Positions 40,704 to 49,813 of a DNA stretch of 64,000 bases are shown here, piece by piece. The DNA comes from a virus. Numbering within the stretch: the stretch's first letter is position 1; each line of letters begins with the position of its first letter. The translations under genes were made by a program, and so were the position numbers. The notes beneath the pieces were generated by a model. That model did not search any database. It saw only the letters and a list, made by a program, of their open reading frames with translations, and had not been told where the DNA came from. The stretch spans positions 108,011 to 172,010 of the IMG/VR virus record IMGVR_UViG_3300021440_000014, one strand, 5' to 3'.

Positions 40704-40765
40704 TAGATAGTTGGGATTTTCAATTCCCTATTTTGTGAAAATAAATTTTATACTGCACCTATCTA
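40704..40765 (-). ncRNA. AGA-N6-CAG scaffold RNA, copy 5
   Basis: TAGATAG/CTATCTA, GCAGT; two hairpins with loops TTCACAA and TTGAAAA. Confidence 0.65.
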
Positions 40766-40778
40766 AACTATGAAAACC

Positions 40779-40836
40779 TAGATCCATTTTTTGTCATTTG
40801 AATAATGAGTTTTTTAATTTTTGCTGTTCGGATCTA
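40779..40836 (-). ncRNA. AGA-N6-CAG scaffold RNA, copy 6
   Basis: TAGATCC/GGATCTA, ACAGCAAAA; TCAT-TATTCAA-ATGA. Confidence 0.7.
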
Positions 40837-40841
40837 TAAAA

Positions 40842-40916
40842 TGGCCCGACAAGTTGGTAACGCTCCAACCTCCACTGTTCTTCAGACAGTTGCTAATCTA
40901 TCTCAGCTATTGGCGG
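40842..40916 (-). tRNA. tRNA-Phe (GAA)
   Basis: ACTGT-CTGAAGA-ACAGT; CCA. Confidence 0.8.
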
Positions 40917-40920
40917 AAAA

Positions 40921-40995
40921 TGGAGCACACGGAGGATTTTGAAACCTCGACGTTCACGTTGGAAGCGTGACATTCTGCCTCTGAATTACGTGTGC
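40921..40995 (-). tRNA. tRNA-Gly (TCC)
   Basis: TCACG-CTTCCAA-CGTGA; TCCA. Confidence 0.9.
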
Positions 40996-41005
40996 TTAAA
41001 TTGAC

Positions 41006-41055
41006 TAGATACGCTTTTTTCCATAAACAAGGATTTTGACTGCTGCACGTATCTA
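41006..41055 (-). ncRNA. AGA-N6-CAG scaffold RNA, copy 7
   Basis: TAGATACG/CGTATCTA, GCAGCAG. Confidence 0.7.
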
Positions 41056-41065
41056 AAAACTTTTC

Positions 41066-41434
41066 TTAAATATTTTTTGGCGTTCTGTGTGATAGTGTAA
41101 AAAAAGCTTTTCTCACCAAGCCTTCCCTTACTTCTACTTCACAAGTTCCAATAAACTCATAAGATTTATAACCTGATTGCGAAGATCCGTCAATATCTAA
41201 AAACGTCCCTTTCGCATAAATTTTTGTTAAACCTGTTTTTTTAGGATTTACAGTTACATTATAATTTGAACCATCAAAATTTGACGATAGTATTTCTATT
41301 ACTTCTTCGTCTTCTACTGTCCAAATGGCATTCTCATTTTCATTAATGAAAACTATATCGTTTTCGGCTGTCATGAATTTTACTTGCAAAACTGCCGTTT
41401 CATCCTTGGCGATTGTAAACTTTTGAATATCCAT
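41066..41434 (-). CDS. Ig-like (beta-sandwich) domain protein, putative
   Basis: W...D.EV, G.T.I.A, CEVEV pattern. Confidence 0.45.
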   Translation of the reverse strand: MDIQKFTIAKDETAVLQVKFMTAENDIVFINENENAIWTVEDEEVIEILSSNFDGSNYNVTVNPKKTGLTKIYAKGTFLDIDGSSQSGYKSYEFIGTCEVEVREGLVRKAFFTLSHRTPKNI

Positions 41435-41458
41435 GTAATATATTACACTTTAAATAAC

Positions 41459-41516
41459 TAGATACTTATTTTTCCTTTAACAGAGGAGTTTTTTTATTTT
41501 TTGCTGTTCGTATCTA
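41459..41516 (-). ncRNA. AGA-N6-CAG scaffold RNA, copy 8
   Basis: TAGATAC/GTATCTA, ACAGCAAAA; TCCT-CTGTTAA-AGGA. Confidence 0.7.
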
Positions 41517-41519
41517 AAA

Positions 41520-41596
41520 TGGCACGGCGAACGAGAGTCGAACTCGTCTATTGCTGGTTTGGAATCAGTTGCTTCACTCTACTTAGCTATCGCCGT
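41520..41596 (-). tRNA. tRNA-Trp (CCA)
   Basis: TTCCAAA loop; ACGGCGA/TCGCCGT-GCCA. Confidence 0.85.
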
Positions 41597-41603
41597 ATAA
41601 AAT

Positions 41604-41678
41604 TGGAGCGGGTAGCGGAATTTGCGTCCGCTTTGAAAAATTGGCAATTTCTCGTAATACTACATATACCATACCCGC
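41604..41678 (-). tRNA. tRNA-Gly (GCC)
   Basis: GCGGGTA/TACCCGC-TCCA; TTGCCAA loop. Confidence 0.85.
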
Positions 41679-41874
41679 ATAAAATCAAATAAATTAAATG
41701 GAGATAAAAACCTCAACATCTATCCTTATGGATTAGGGTTTTTTAACCTTCGTTGGTAGCATTCTTATTCCTAAGATTACCGGCGTCTCCGCTTCCCTAC
41801 GGCTCGCCTCTACGGTTTTGATAACGCTCAAAATTTCTAAAAGCAAAATTTAAACTCGTTCTTACTACTCTTCC

Positions 41875-41902
41875 ATCTTACCAAGTTTTTCGTTTTTGTC
41901 AA
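41875..41902 (-). promoter_or_regulatory. sigma70-type promoter heading the tRNA array
   Basis: TTGACA ... TGG-TAAGAT. Confidence 0.55.
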
Positions 41903-41919
41903 CTCTCTATTTTTCCAAC

Positions 41920-41951
41920 AAAAAACCGCCCTTCTTTTCAGAAAAGGCGGT
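41920..41951 (-). terminator. intrinsic terminator
   Basis: CCGCC...GGCGG followed by TTTTTT. Confidence 0.65.
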
Positions 41952-42193
41952 TAATTCCCCACGAATTTCCCACCCTCCCTAGCAAAAATCTCCATTTGTC
42001 GCTTGGAGGCGACTTGCTTTAACGGACGGTTCTGAAACCCAATATCTCATATCTCTAATAGAATATACACTCTATTTTAAAAAATGTCAAATATTTTTAA
42101 AACTTTCTTCTAAATTCGCTCTACCTTTATCAAGATATAGCAAAAAGGGGCAGTTTTTAGCTGCCTCCCGTTAATTATTTATTGTTTTCTAGA

Positions 42194-43195
42194 TTATTTC
42201 ATTAAAATAAACTTTGTTCCAGCGATAAGCTTTCTATTCGTTGACGTAGACTGTAGAAAGATATCATATTTATTGTTTGTGGCGGGATCTACTTGAACTT
42301 CATGATCTGGTAATCCAAGCAATTGTCTTGCTTCCGCGCCCGCATAAACCTTGCCATTAAGTTTGTCCTGTAAGCAAACCTGCTTATATCCTTGAACCTT
42401 TTCTTTCTTTGTCAATTGATAGAATCCGCTTCCAATTCTATAGGTTTCTTTTGGATTCCAGCTTTCAACGAAATCCTTGATAGGCTTGTCCTTATGAACA
42501 GAGTAAACACTATAATCGCTAGGATTAAGCTCTACAAGAGTAGATTTAACCGTGCTACTATTTAACGCCGCTGTATCAAGTTGGAAAAGATTTTTCGTAG
42601 ATCTTAATCCTTTTGATCTAGAAGTCATAAAAGTGGACGTAACCGTATTTATTTTTTTGCTTGCCTCTTCCAGACCTCTAGAAGAAGTCTCCCAAATTTG
42701 AATGTTTCCAACTGGAAAACCAAATTTTTTACATTCGTGAACTCCATTTTGGTTTGGAACTAAAACAGCCACAGTGTAGTTCTCTGGAAGTGAATTAATC
42801 GTCTCTTTCAGCTTTTTAGCTAAATGGCTATTGATGTTATTCTCTCCATCGGTTTGAACTATAATTAAATTGCTATGATCTCCATATAATTCGGGATTCT
42901 TTTTAAGATCCTCTATAGACTTATAGACTGCATCAATTAATGCAGTCATCCCCCTTGGCTCATAGTGATCTTTTATACTAGGCAGTCTGCATACATCTTG
43001 ATCGTATAACAAACACTTTACTGAATCAGAGAAAACGTAAATAGAAACTCTTGTTTCTTGATCTAATTCTATAGATCTTTGCTTAAGGTGTTCTATTTGT
43101 CTGTCAAATGCTAAAATAGTTTCTTTTTTAAAAATCGACATAGAAGAACTTGCATCTAACACGAAAGAGATATGGTTTATATATTTTTGTATCAT
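42194..43195 (-). CDS. vWA-domain protein with conserved C-terminal domain
   Basis: MIDAS LDASSSM, G.TAL.DA, TDGENN; C-terminal G..FYQLTK, QSTS.NRKL..GT. Confidence 0.85.
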   Translation of the reverse strand: MIQKYINHISFVLDASSSMSIFKKETILAFDRQIEHLKQRSIELDQETRVSIYVFSDSVKCLLYDQDVCRLPSIKDHYEPRGMTALIDAVYKSIEDLKKNPELYGDHSNLIIVQTDGENNINSHLAKKLKETINSLPENYTVAVLVPNQNGVHECKKFGFPVGNIQIWETSSRGLEEASKKINTVTSTFMTSRSKGLRSTKNLFQLDTAALNSSTVKSTLVELNPSDYSVYSVHKDKPIKDFVESWNPKETYRIGSGFYQLTKKEKVQGYKQVCLQDKLNGKVYAGAEARQLLGLPDHEVQVDPATNNKYDIFLQSTSTNRKLIAGTKFILMK

Positions 43196-43277
43196 ATATA
43201 TATAATATAATCTGTTCTTTTTGAAAAATCAAGCAAATATCGTCAATCCTTCTAATTATGTGTAATATAATATTGAA

Positions 43278-44237
43278 ATGAAAAAAGAAAAAATATGTAA
43301 AAAATGCAATAATAATTTTATTATTAATTTCAAAATAAATGACAAAAATATATGTCTCTCTAACCGAAGTTTTTGCTTATTATGTAAACCTAAAAGACAA
43401 AAAATATCGAAAGATGCTATAGAAAATATAATAAAAGAATATAATTTAATTGGAGCAGAAGAATGCCAAAAGAAATTTAAAATATCAAAAAATCAAATTA
43501 CATATATTGCTTCTAAATATAAATTAAAATTAAATCCAAAAACTCATAGTAAAATAAAATCTAAAAGTAAAATAGAGATAGATCCTTTTAAATACAAAGT
43601 TAATCATCTTTCATTCAGTAATATAAATAATTCAATATGCGCTTATATATTAGGGCTAATTTGGACAGATGGACATATTAATTCAAGAAATAACTCGATT
43701 ATATTTTCAACCACATATCCTGATTCCGAATATTTTTCTAAAGAATTCTTAAAAACAGGTTCATGGAACATTTATAGATATAAGTCTAATAAAAATCACA
43801 AAGATAAAATATCAATAATAACTACTAATAAATTCCTAAAAGAAACATTAGTATCTTTGGGTTTTTTAGAAAAAATAAAAGGGTTAGAAAAAGTTTATGA
43901 ACATATACCAGAAAATCTAAAACATTATTTTATTCGGGGGCTAATAGATGGAGACGGATGCTTTTATGTTAATAAAAAGAAATCGATTTATCGTTTTTCT
44001 CTATGCTCCTGTTTAAATCAAAACTGGAACTGCATACAAAAACTACTAGATTCACTTAGCATAAAGTATAAAATAGAAAACTCTACTACAAAAAATGGAT
44101 CTTATAGCAAAATACATATTAGTGGCATACCTAATGTAAAAAAATTTGGCGACTTCGTTTATAGAAATCGCCAAGATGACTTTATTGGATTAGATCGTAA
44201 ATATAAAAAATATTTAGAAGTTCAATTTAAAACCTAA
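43278..44237 (+). CDS. LAGLIDADG homing endonuclease
   Basis: AYILGLIWTDG and YFIRGLIDGDG motifs. Confidence 0.9.
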   Translation: MKKEKICKKCNNNFIINFKINDKNICLSNRSFCLLCKPKRQKISKDAIENIIKEYNLIGAEECQKKFKISKNQITYIASKYKLKLNPKTHSKIKSKSKIEIDPFKYKVNHLSFSNINNSICAYILGLIWTDGHINSRNNSIIFSTTYPDSEYFSKEFLKTGSWNIYRYKSNKNHKDKISIITTNKFLKETLVSLGFLEKIKGLEKVYEHIPENLKHYFIRGLIDGDGCFYVNKKKSIYRFSLCSCLNQNWNCIQKLLDSLSIKYKIENSTTKNGSYSKIHISGIPNVKKFGDFVYRNRQDDFIGLDRKYKKYLEVQFKT

Positions 44238-45807
44238 CATTCGCATATCTCTCCGAAGAAAGGATCTTAACCATTTCGTCGTAAGGATTCGTGATTTTTC
44301 CGCCAAGAATGAACTTTATAGTGCTTGGCGAACTTCCGCTGACAAGCATCACTCCGTCCTCATTCATCTTAGCAGGACTATTATCTTCTCTCGCGTTAAG
44401 ATTCCAGAAGATTATTTCTGGCATTTTATACTTCGCGGCCTTATATTTAGACTTAATAACCTCAAGGTTAGTAAGCTTATTAGACTTGCAAGCTGTATTG
44501 AATTCCATGTCAGAAAAGACAATAAGCTTCTTAGGCATATCGGACTGCTTCACTTTTCTTGCTTTGGCGGACTCAAGAATTAACTCAAATGCCGCTTGCA
44601 AATTAGTGCTTCCACCCCAAGATGCTTTTCTGATATTATTAATCTTTTCGTATACTGTGCTTCCGTTAACAGTCTGCAATTTAGGACTCTCTTCAAAGGT
44701 TATAAACCAATTTTTGAATGGACCGTTATTTCTTTCTGAAACGTAAAGACCCAATCCAATTGAAGAATACATAGGAGGAACACTTGCTCCACCGCTTAAC
44801 ATCGAGCTTGACACGTCAATCAATGGAATCATTGAACACTCACTTCCCTCAAAGAAATCAGGCAAATTATTCCACATAACATCAACTGATGAAGTTGCAT
44901 CTCCACTTAGAACGCTTCTAACTATGTCGTAAGGATAAAGTCCAGAAGTATTGATTTTAACTTCTCCCTTAGCCGCCTTATCTAAGAAGGCTGCATATCT
45001 CTCGTTGTCATTACGAGCAAAAGCCTTTCTATAAAGAAAACCGGCTCTGGAAGGAATCTTATCGTAACTAATAGAACTCCAGTCCTTTTTGCACATGGCC
45101 TGCTCTACAAGAGAAATTTTCTTTCTGAGAAAAGACAAAATCCTACGATAGTTTCTCTCTGAAAGACTCATGAAAGAGGCAAACTTTAGCCCCATCTTTC
45201 GGCTCTCAAGCGAAGAGGCATTGGTCGAAGGCATCCATTTGGCAATAAGCGATGGATTCTCACTGCTGAGATCCGCGTGAAGCTTGTTGTTGATAAATGT
45301 CATCATCTGCTTCTCACACTGCGTTCCAACTAACTCAAAGAGATCGTCAGTTCTTCCATAAAAAAGAATATTCTCAAAGTTGGCTGTAACCACATTAGGA
45401 TAGTTGGAGGCAAGCCATCTTAGGCAAGTTCTAAATGTCTTTCTTTCGCCTTGCCCGCCACGTATATCTCTAATATAAAAAAGAGCCTTCATAGCAAGGT
45501 CGCTATTTTCGAACAATGCCTTTTTAAAGGCGTCCACAACTACGGCTTCAGTTTGAGATCTAAACGCTCCAGCCTTGGAAAAGAAATCCAAGACCTTATC
45601 TCCAGTAGACTTGTTAGTAAGTGCTCCATTAGCAGTAAAAACCTTAGCCTTGGAAGTATCCTCTAAAACCATCGCTTTGAGCAATGGATTAATATTACTA
45701 GAAGGTAGTGCGTTGGCTTTGAAAGAAGCTTGGCTTACGCTCTTTGAGTCTGAAACCTTCTTCTTCGCCTTTGGTAGCTTATTTAACTGTTCGTTAATGT
45801 TTTTCAT
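44227..45807 (-). CDS. DUF2828-family protein (TROVE/Ro60-like helical region plus vWA)
   Basis: T.NGA.T..ST, LDFF, RDIRGGQGER, GR.DD, AKWMP, LYPY.IV, DVSSSM, WGGSTN, FSDMEF, IFWN. Confidence 0.85.
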   Translation of the reverse strand: MKNINEQLNKLPKAKKKVSDSKSVSQASFKANALPSSNINPLLKAMVLEDTSKAKVFTANGALTNKSTGDKVLDFFSKAGAFRSQTEAVVVDAFKKALFENSDLAMKALFYIRDIRGGQGERKTFRTCLRWLASNYPNVVTANFENILFYGRTDDLFELVGTQCEKQMMTFINNKLHADLSSENPSLIAKWMPSTNASSLESRKMGLKFASFMSLSERNYRRILSFLRKKISLVEQAMCKKDWSSISYDKIPSRAGFLYRKAFARNDNERYAAFLDKAAKGEVKINTSGLYPYDIVRSVLSGDATSSVDVMWNNLPDFFEGSECSMIPLIDVSSSMLSGGASVPPMYSSIGLGLYVSERNNGPFKNWFITFEESPKLQTVNGSTVYEKINNIRKASWGGSTNLQAAFELILESAKARKVKQSDMPKKLIVFSDMEFNTACKSNKLTNLEVIKSKYKAAKYKMPEIIFWNLNAREDNSPAKMNEDGVMLVSGSSPSTIKFILGGKITNPYDEMVKILSSERYANVRF

Positions 45808-46201
45808 AGTATTAATATGTTAGTATATTTTTTATGATTTGTCAAATTTTTTCTAGAATTTTCATTTCTTTAGCCAAATACCACATACCCCCCTGATACT
45901 TTGGTTTCTGCAAACTTTCAAAATTCCTTATCTTAACCTTATACCAATGTCTGTCTCTTTCTGACAAATGCGGGGCTACAGGACTTTTTACTGTATGCCA
46001 CCCATTTCTTACCTTGAACCCTTCGGTTGGATGTTTCTTGGATTTTATCCATTTATTTTTAGTTAATTTAGCTTTTCTATTAATAAAAATAGAACCTAAA
46101 GTTCCATCTTTTCTTTCTCTAAAAAGTTTATAAACTATTTTAGTTTTCATCTTCTATAAATAAATCTGGAATTTTATTTTTACTTAAAATAGATCTAGTA
46201 A

Positions 46202-46588
46202 TTATTCTATTTCTAGTTTTCCATTTTCAATTTTAATTCTGATACTCTCAGAATACCCGCCAAATATATTTTCATAAAAATCTAAAACGTCAAAATCTTC
46301 GAATAATTTAACTAATCCTTCTCTGGCTTCTTTTATCTCTTTAGATACATTTTTCTCGTATCCAGAAAATTCACCTTCATCACCATATTCGACTACTAGA
46401 TCATCGTAATACAAACCGAAATACGTTGCGTCTCCATCATTGAACTCATGATTATTTATATTAATTCTTACTGAATTTATAATAGAGTTAGACTTTAGAT
46501 ACTCTTTTAAAGTTTCTCTAAACTTAGACTCCATCTCCTTGAGAAGGGAGTTGATTTCTTTCTGCAATTGTAGTATTTTTTCTTTCAT
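46202..46588 (-). CDS. hypothetical protein (neighbour of DUF6915-like gene)
   Basis: FNDGD motif; adjacent to 46592-47071. Confidence 0.5.
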   Translation of the reverse strand: MKEKILQLQKEINSLLKEMESKFRETLKEYLKSNSIINSVRININNHEFNDGDATYFGLYYDDLVVEYGDEGEFSGYEKNVSKEIKEAREGLVKLFEDFDVLDFYENIFGGYSESIRIKIENGKLEIE

Positions 46589-46591
46589 AAA

Positions 46592-47071
46592 TTAATCTAG
46601 TTTTACGTCTCTAACAAATCTAAGTTCGTCTAAATTAGGTTTTCCGATGAATCCGACAGAAGATCCATCAACTGTGACATTTTCTGTGTTAAACTTAGAC
46701 TTTCTTTTTTCTTCTATTTTCTTATAAGAATTTGGAATTCCGGTCCTTCCATTACTCATCCACTCTTGATATTCCATTCCTTCTAAATAGTCTTGAGGAG
46801 TGGGTATAAATTTATTGCCGAAATCTTCTAATACGTGCTGCTCGCCAATATCGCGAACTGAGACTTTTATGCCATCGCTATTAGTAATAGTATCGCCAAA
46901 AACTTGGGCACACAAAAAAATCCCAAAAGAAGAATGCAAAATTGCGCGATGCCTATTATCTGGAACAAATGCTTTCGTTTGATCGAACCATTGGTGGATT
47001 TTAAGATAGTCTTCTGGCTTTCCCTTGAATCTTTTGGCTGAACTTACTGCATGAATATGAGGTTTTGACAT
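46592..47071 (-). CDS. DUF6915-like protein
   Basis: P..HA.SSAK.F.G, IH.W.D, RHRA..H, R..GEQHV.ED. Confidence 0.75.
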   Translation of the reverse strand: MSKPHIHAVSSAKRFKGKPEDYLKIHQWFDQTKAFVPDNRHRAILHSSFGIFLCAQVFGDTITNSDGIKVSVRDIGEQHVLEDFGNKFIPTPQDYLEGMEYQEWMSNGRTGIPNSYKKIEEKRKSKFNTENVTVDGSSVGFIGKPNLDELRFVRDVKLD

Positions 47072-48240
47072 AAATTAATTAAAAAGGAAGTTCTTCTCCA
47101 CTAGAAAACTCGTCGATTTTTATAACATTTTCAGAATTTATTTTAACAAAACTGTAAACGTCTTTAAATCTTATAGTGAGAATTATTTTTGTTTTTTCGT
47201 TTAGTAGAACTGGAGGCTCCGCGTCTTCTCCTGAATAATAATAACCGTTATCTCTTTTGCCTATTTTATGATATTTTTTATCTGACACTGTTCCTTCGAT
47301 ATTCAGTAAATTTGGAGAATCTTCTTCGAAGATTTGGCGAATATTTCCTCCCCACTTTTTCTTTTTCAATATATGAAAAGCAAGGGCGTCTTTTATTTCT
47401 TCTTTAGTTTCTTCTATCCTTCCAGTATCTCTAAAATCAAAATGAAGCAATTTTCCTTCTTCTGGGGTTTCCCGCGTCGCCCCCAAAATAAAGCTATAAA
47501 TTTCTGCATCTATTCCATTAAGAAACTCATCTTTAACTATTTGCTTATTAAGCGGGTAGCCACACCTGACGAATATCTTAGGTATAACAATTTTTACTTT
47601 GTCACCAACCCTAATGACATCTTTTTTATTTTTTCTTGTTCTCATAGTTTTCAATTTCCATACTGAACCACAACGGTAAAAGCCCAAGACCGAATATATA
47701 CCAATAAAAAGCTTCCAGATATGAAATATGATAATTAACTATATCACTTTTTGAATTTAAGTAAATCCAAATAAATCTATATAATGAAAAAAGCACTAAA
47801 AATCTTATTCTATACATGATTTTCAGTAATTCCGTATTTATGCTCTATATTTTTTAAAGCGTCTTTCAGACGTTCCCAATTAGTTGTTCTAGTAAGAAAA
47901 GTAGCCCGCTGTTCTATATCTGTTTTCAGAAGGCTCACTGAATTTAATAATCGTATTAAATCAGAATTATTTTTAATATTTTCCAAAACTATATCATTTA
48001 TTATTTCTTCAGTGAATTTAATTAATTTTAAATTAAGAGTATTTTCGCAAGAAAGATTGTAGCTATAACATATATCCATTGTTTGTTTTTTAACTAAATT
48101 TTCTAGTCGTTTTGTCATATTTTGTGTAAATTATTTTAGCGTATAGTAGAGATATTAACATTTTTTTCGCCTTTGTCAAGGTAGAACCTTGTATTTGGAA
48201 TCCCTCCGACTATACGCGCAAGGGCGATTTTTTATTTATT

Positions 48241-48870
48241 ATGAAACAAAATTGGACCAAAGAGCATTTGGAATTTTTAATAAAAAATTTCCCGGCAAAC
48301 GGAACTAAATATTGCTCTAAATTTTTGCCATTCACTAACAGAGAGATCAGCATTAAAGCGGATCAGATGAAGATAAAAAGAATAAAAATTTGTAGAAATG
48401 ATCCTCATGGATATAAAACCTGTGAAAAATGCTATAAAACACTAGCGTATAATTTTTATAAAAAAGCAAAATACGGGATATATGGTTTATGTAATATTTG
48501 CAAACCTTGCTTTAATAAACACGAACAAAACAGAAAAAGAACTGATTTAAACTATTCTATCTTAAGTAGATTGCGAAGGAGACAAGGCAAGTTCTTAAGG
48601 AGACTTAAATTAATTAGAAAATCATCTTCTTTAAAATATTTGGGATGCTCAAAAGAGCGTTTTATGGAATATTTTCAATCTAAATTCAGAGAAAAAATGA
48701 GTTGGGAAGAGTATTTTAAAGGAAATATACATTTAGATCATATTAGACCATTAATTTCCTTCGATTTAACCAAAGAAAAAGACAGGAAAGAAGCTTTTCA
48801 TTATACTAATCTTCAACCTTTATGGGCTAAAGAAAACCTAGCTAAAAGCGATAAATATTATAACCAATAA
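48241..48870 (+). CDS. HNH/endonuclease VII-like homing endonuclease
   Basis: YLGCS, MSW, HLDHIRP...FDL, FHYTNLQPLWA.ENL.K. Confidence 0.85.
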   Translation: MKQNWTKEHLEFLIKNFPANGTKYCSKFLPFTNREISIKADQMKIKRIKICRNDPHGYKTCEKCYKTLAYNFYKKAKYGIYGLCNICKPCFNKHEQNRKRTDLNYSILSRLRRRQGKFLRRLKLIRKSSSLKYLGCSKERFMEYFQSKFREKMSWEEYFKGNIHLDHIRPLISFDLTKEKDRKEAFHYTNLQPLWAKENLAKSDKYYNQ

Positions 48871-49448
48871 ATTCCCGTATGCTCACTACCCCAATACATC
48901 CAACAATATTCAGTAGAATCACTACTTCCAGAAGTAATTTTGCCATTACAATTCGGGCAACATTTAGGTTTAGGTAATTCAATTGGTATTAATTGCTTAA
49001 ATCCGCAGTGTTTTTTATTCTGGCATTTAATAGATCTAACAAAATTAGGTCTTTCGCTTAATATAAATAAAGCATTAGGCGGATTTTTGCGCCACCATTC
49101 TCGACGCTCTTGAGAGCCTAAGAAATTTAAACGCACAAGCATATAGACTTCCTCCGATAAATCCAAAGCATGAGTTATAAAAGCTTTAGCAATAGAAAAT
49201 GGAGGATTTGTCAAAATCACATCTCTTTTAGTTTTATCTTTTAAAAAATCGTAGCCATAGCTTAAATCGTTTCCATTTGACTTTAACCCATATTCATTCA
49301 TTCTTTTAACTAATCTTAGATCCCCGCACGCAGGTTCCCATATTTCTTTTCCTTTTGGAAGATACGGAAGTAATGGATTAAAAGACTTTAACGGCGTAAA
49401 GTACGCATCTTGACTTATTTTAGTTGTTCCTCGTCCTGTTGATGACAT
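48858..49448 (-). CDS. N6-adenine DNA methyltransferase-like protein
   Basis: D.Y.TP, WEPACG, TNPPF. Confidence 0.75.
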   Translation of the reverse strand: MSSTGRGTTKISQDAYFTPLKSFNPLLPYLPKGKEIWEPACGDLRLVKRMNEYGLKSNGNDLSYGYDFLKDKTKRDVILTNPPFSIAKAFITHALDLSEEVYMLVRLNFLGSQERREWWRKNPPNALFILSERPNFVRSIKCQNKKHCGFKQLIPIELPKPKCCPNCNGKITSGSSDSTEYCWMYWGSEHTGIYWL

Positions 49449-49813
49449 ATATTATAGATATTACCAACTATTTTTAAAGAGTCAATTCTAAAATTTAAAT
49501 CATTCGCAGCAAACGATCTTCCTCTATCAAAATAAAAAATTCCCTCCGCAAAGAAAACCTCTCCCCTATCCGTTTCTATTCCATTTTCGCCTGAATCGAA
49601 TTGATATTCTACAATATCTCCCTCATATATTTCATTACCGTTCTTATCATTTATACTTGTATACTGTTGTAAAACATAATTATCTCTTAATTTTACTCCC
49701 GTTTCATAGTATAGATTTCCAAAATTATCAGTTTGAAGCCAATACATATTGGCGCATGGTTTATAATGGGTCTTAAACTGTTTGTCCCAAATCCTAAATT
49801 TAATTTTTCTCAT
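49415..49813 (-). CDS. YopX-family protein
   Basis: IKFRIWD, QYT...DKNG.EIYEGDIV, VGNIY. Confidence 0.9.
   Translation of the reverse strand: MRKIKFRIWDKQFKTHYKPCANMYWLQTDNFGNLYYETGVKLRDNYVLQQYTSINDKNGNEIYEGDIVEYQFDSGENGIETDRGEVFFAEGIFYFDRGRSFAANDLNFRIDSLKIVGNIYNICHQQDEEQLK

Noticed and set aside
29894-41516. CRISPR array interpretation of the AGA-N6-CAG repeats
   Set aside because: Copies are dispersed, vary in sequence with covariation, have irregular lengths, and no cas genes are present.
44227-45807. Calling the protein canonical Ro60/Rsr
   Set aside because: Motifs match DUF2828 rather than classical TROVE; the relationship to Ro60 is inferred and needs a structure comparison.
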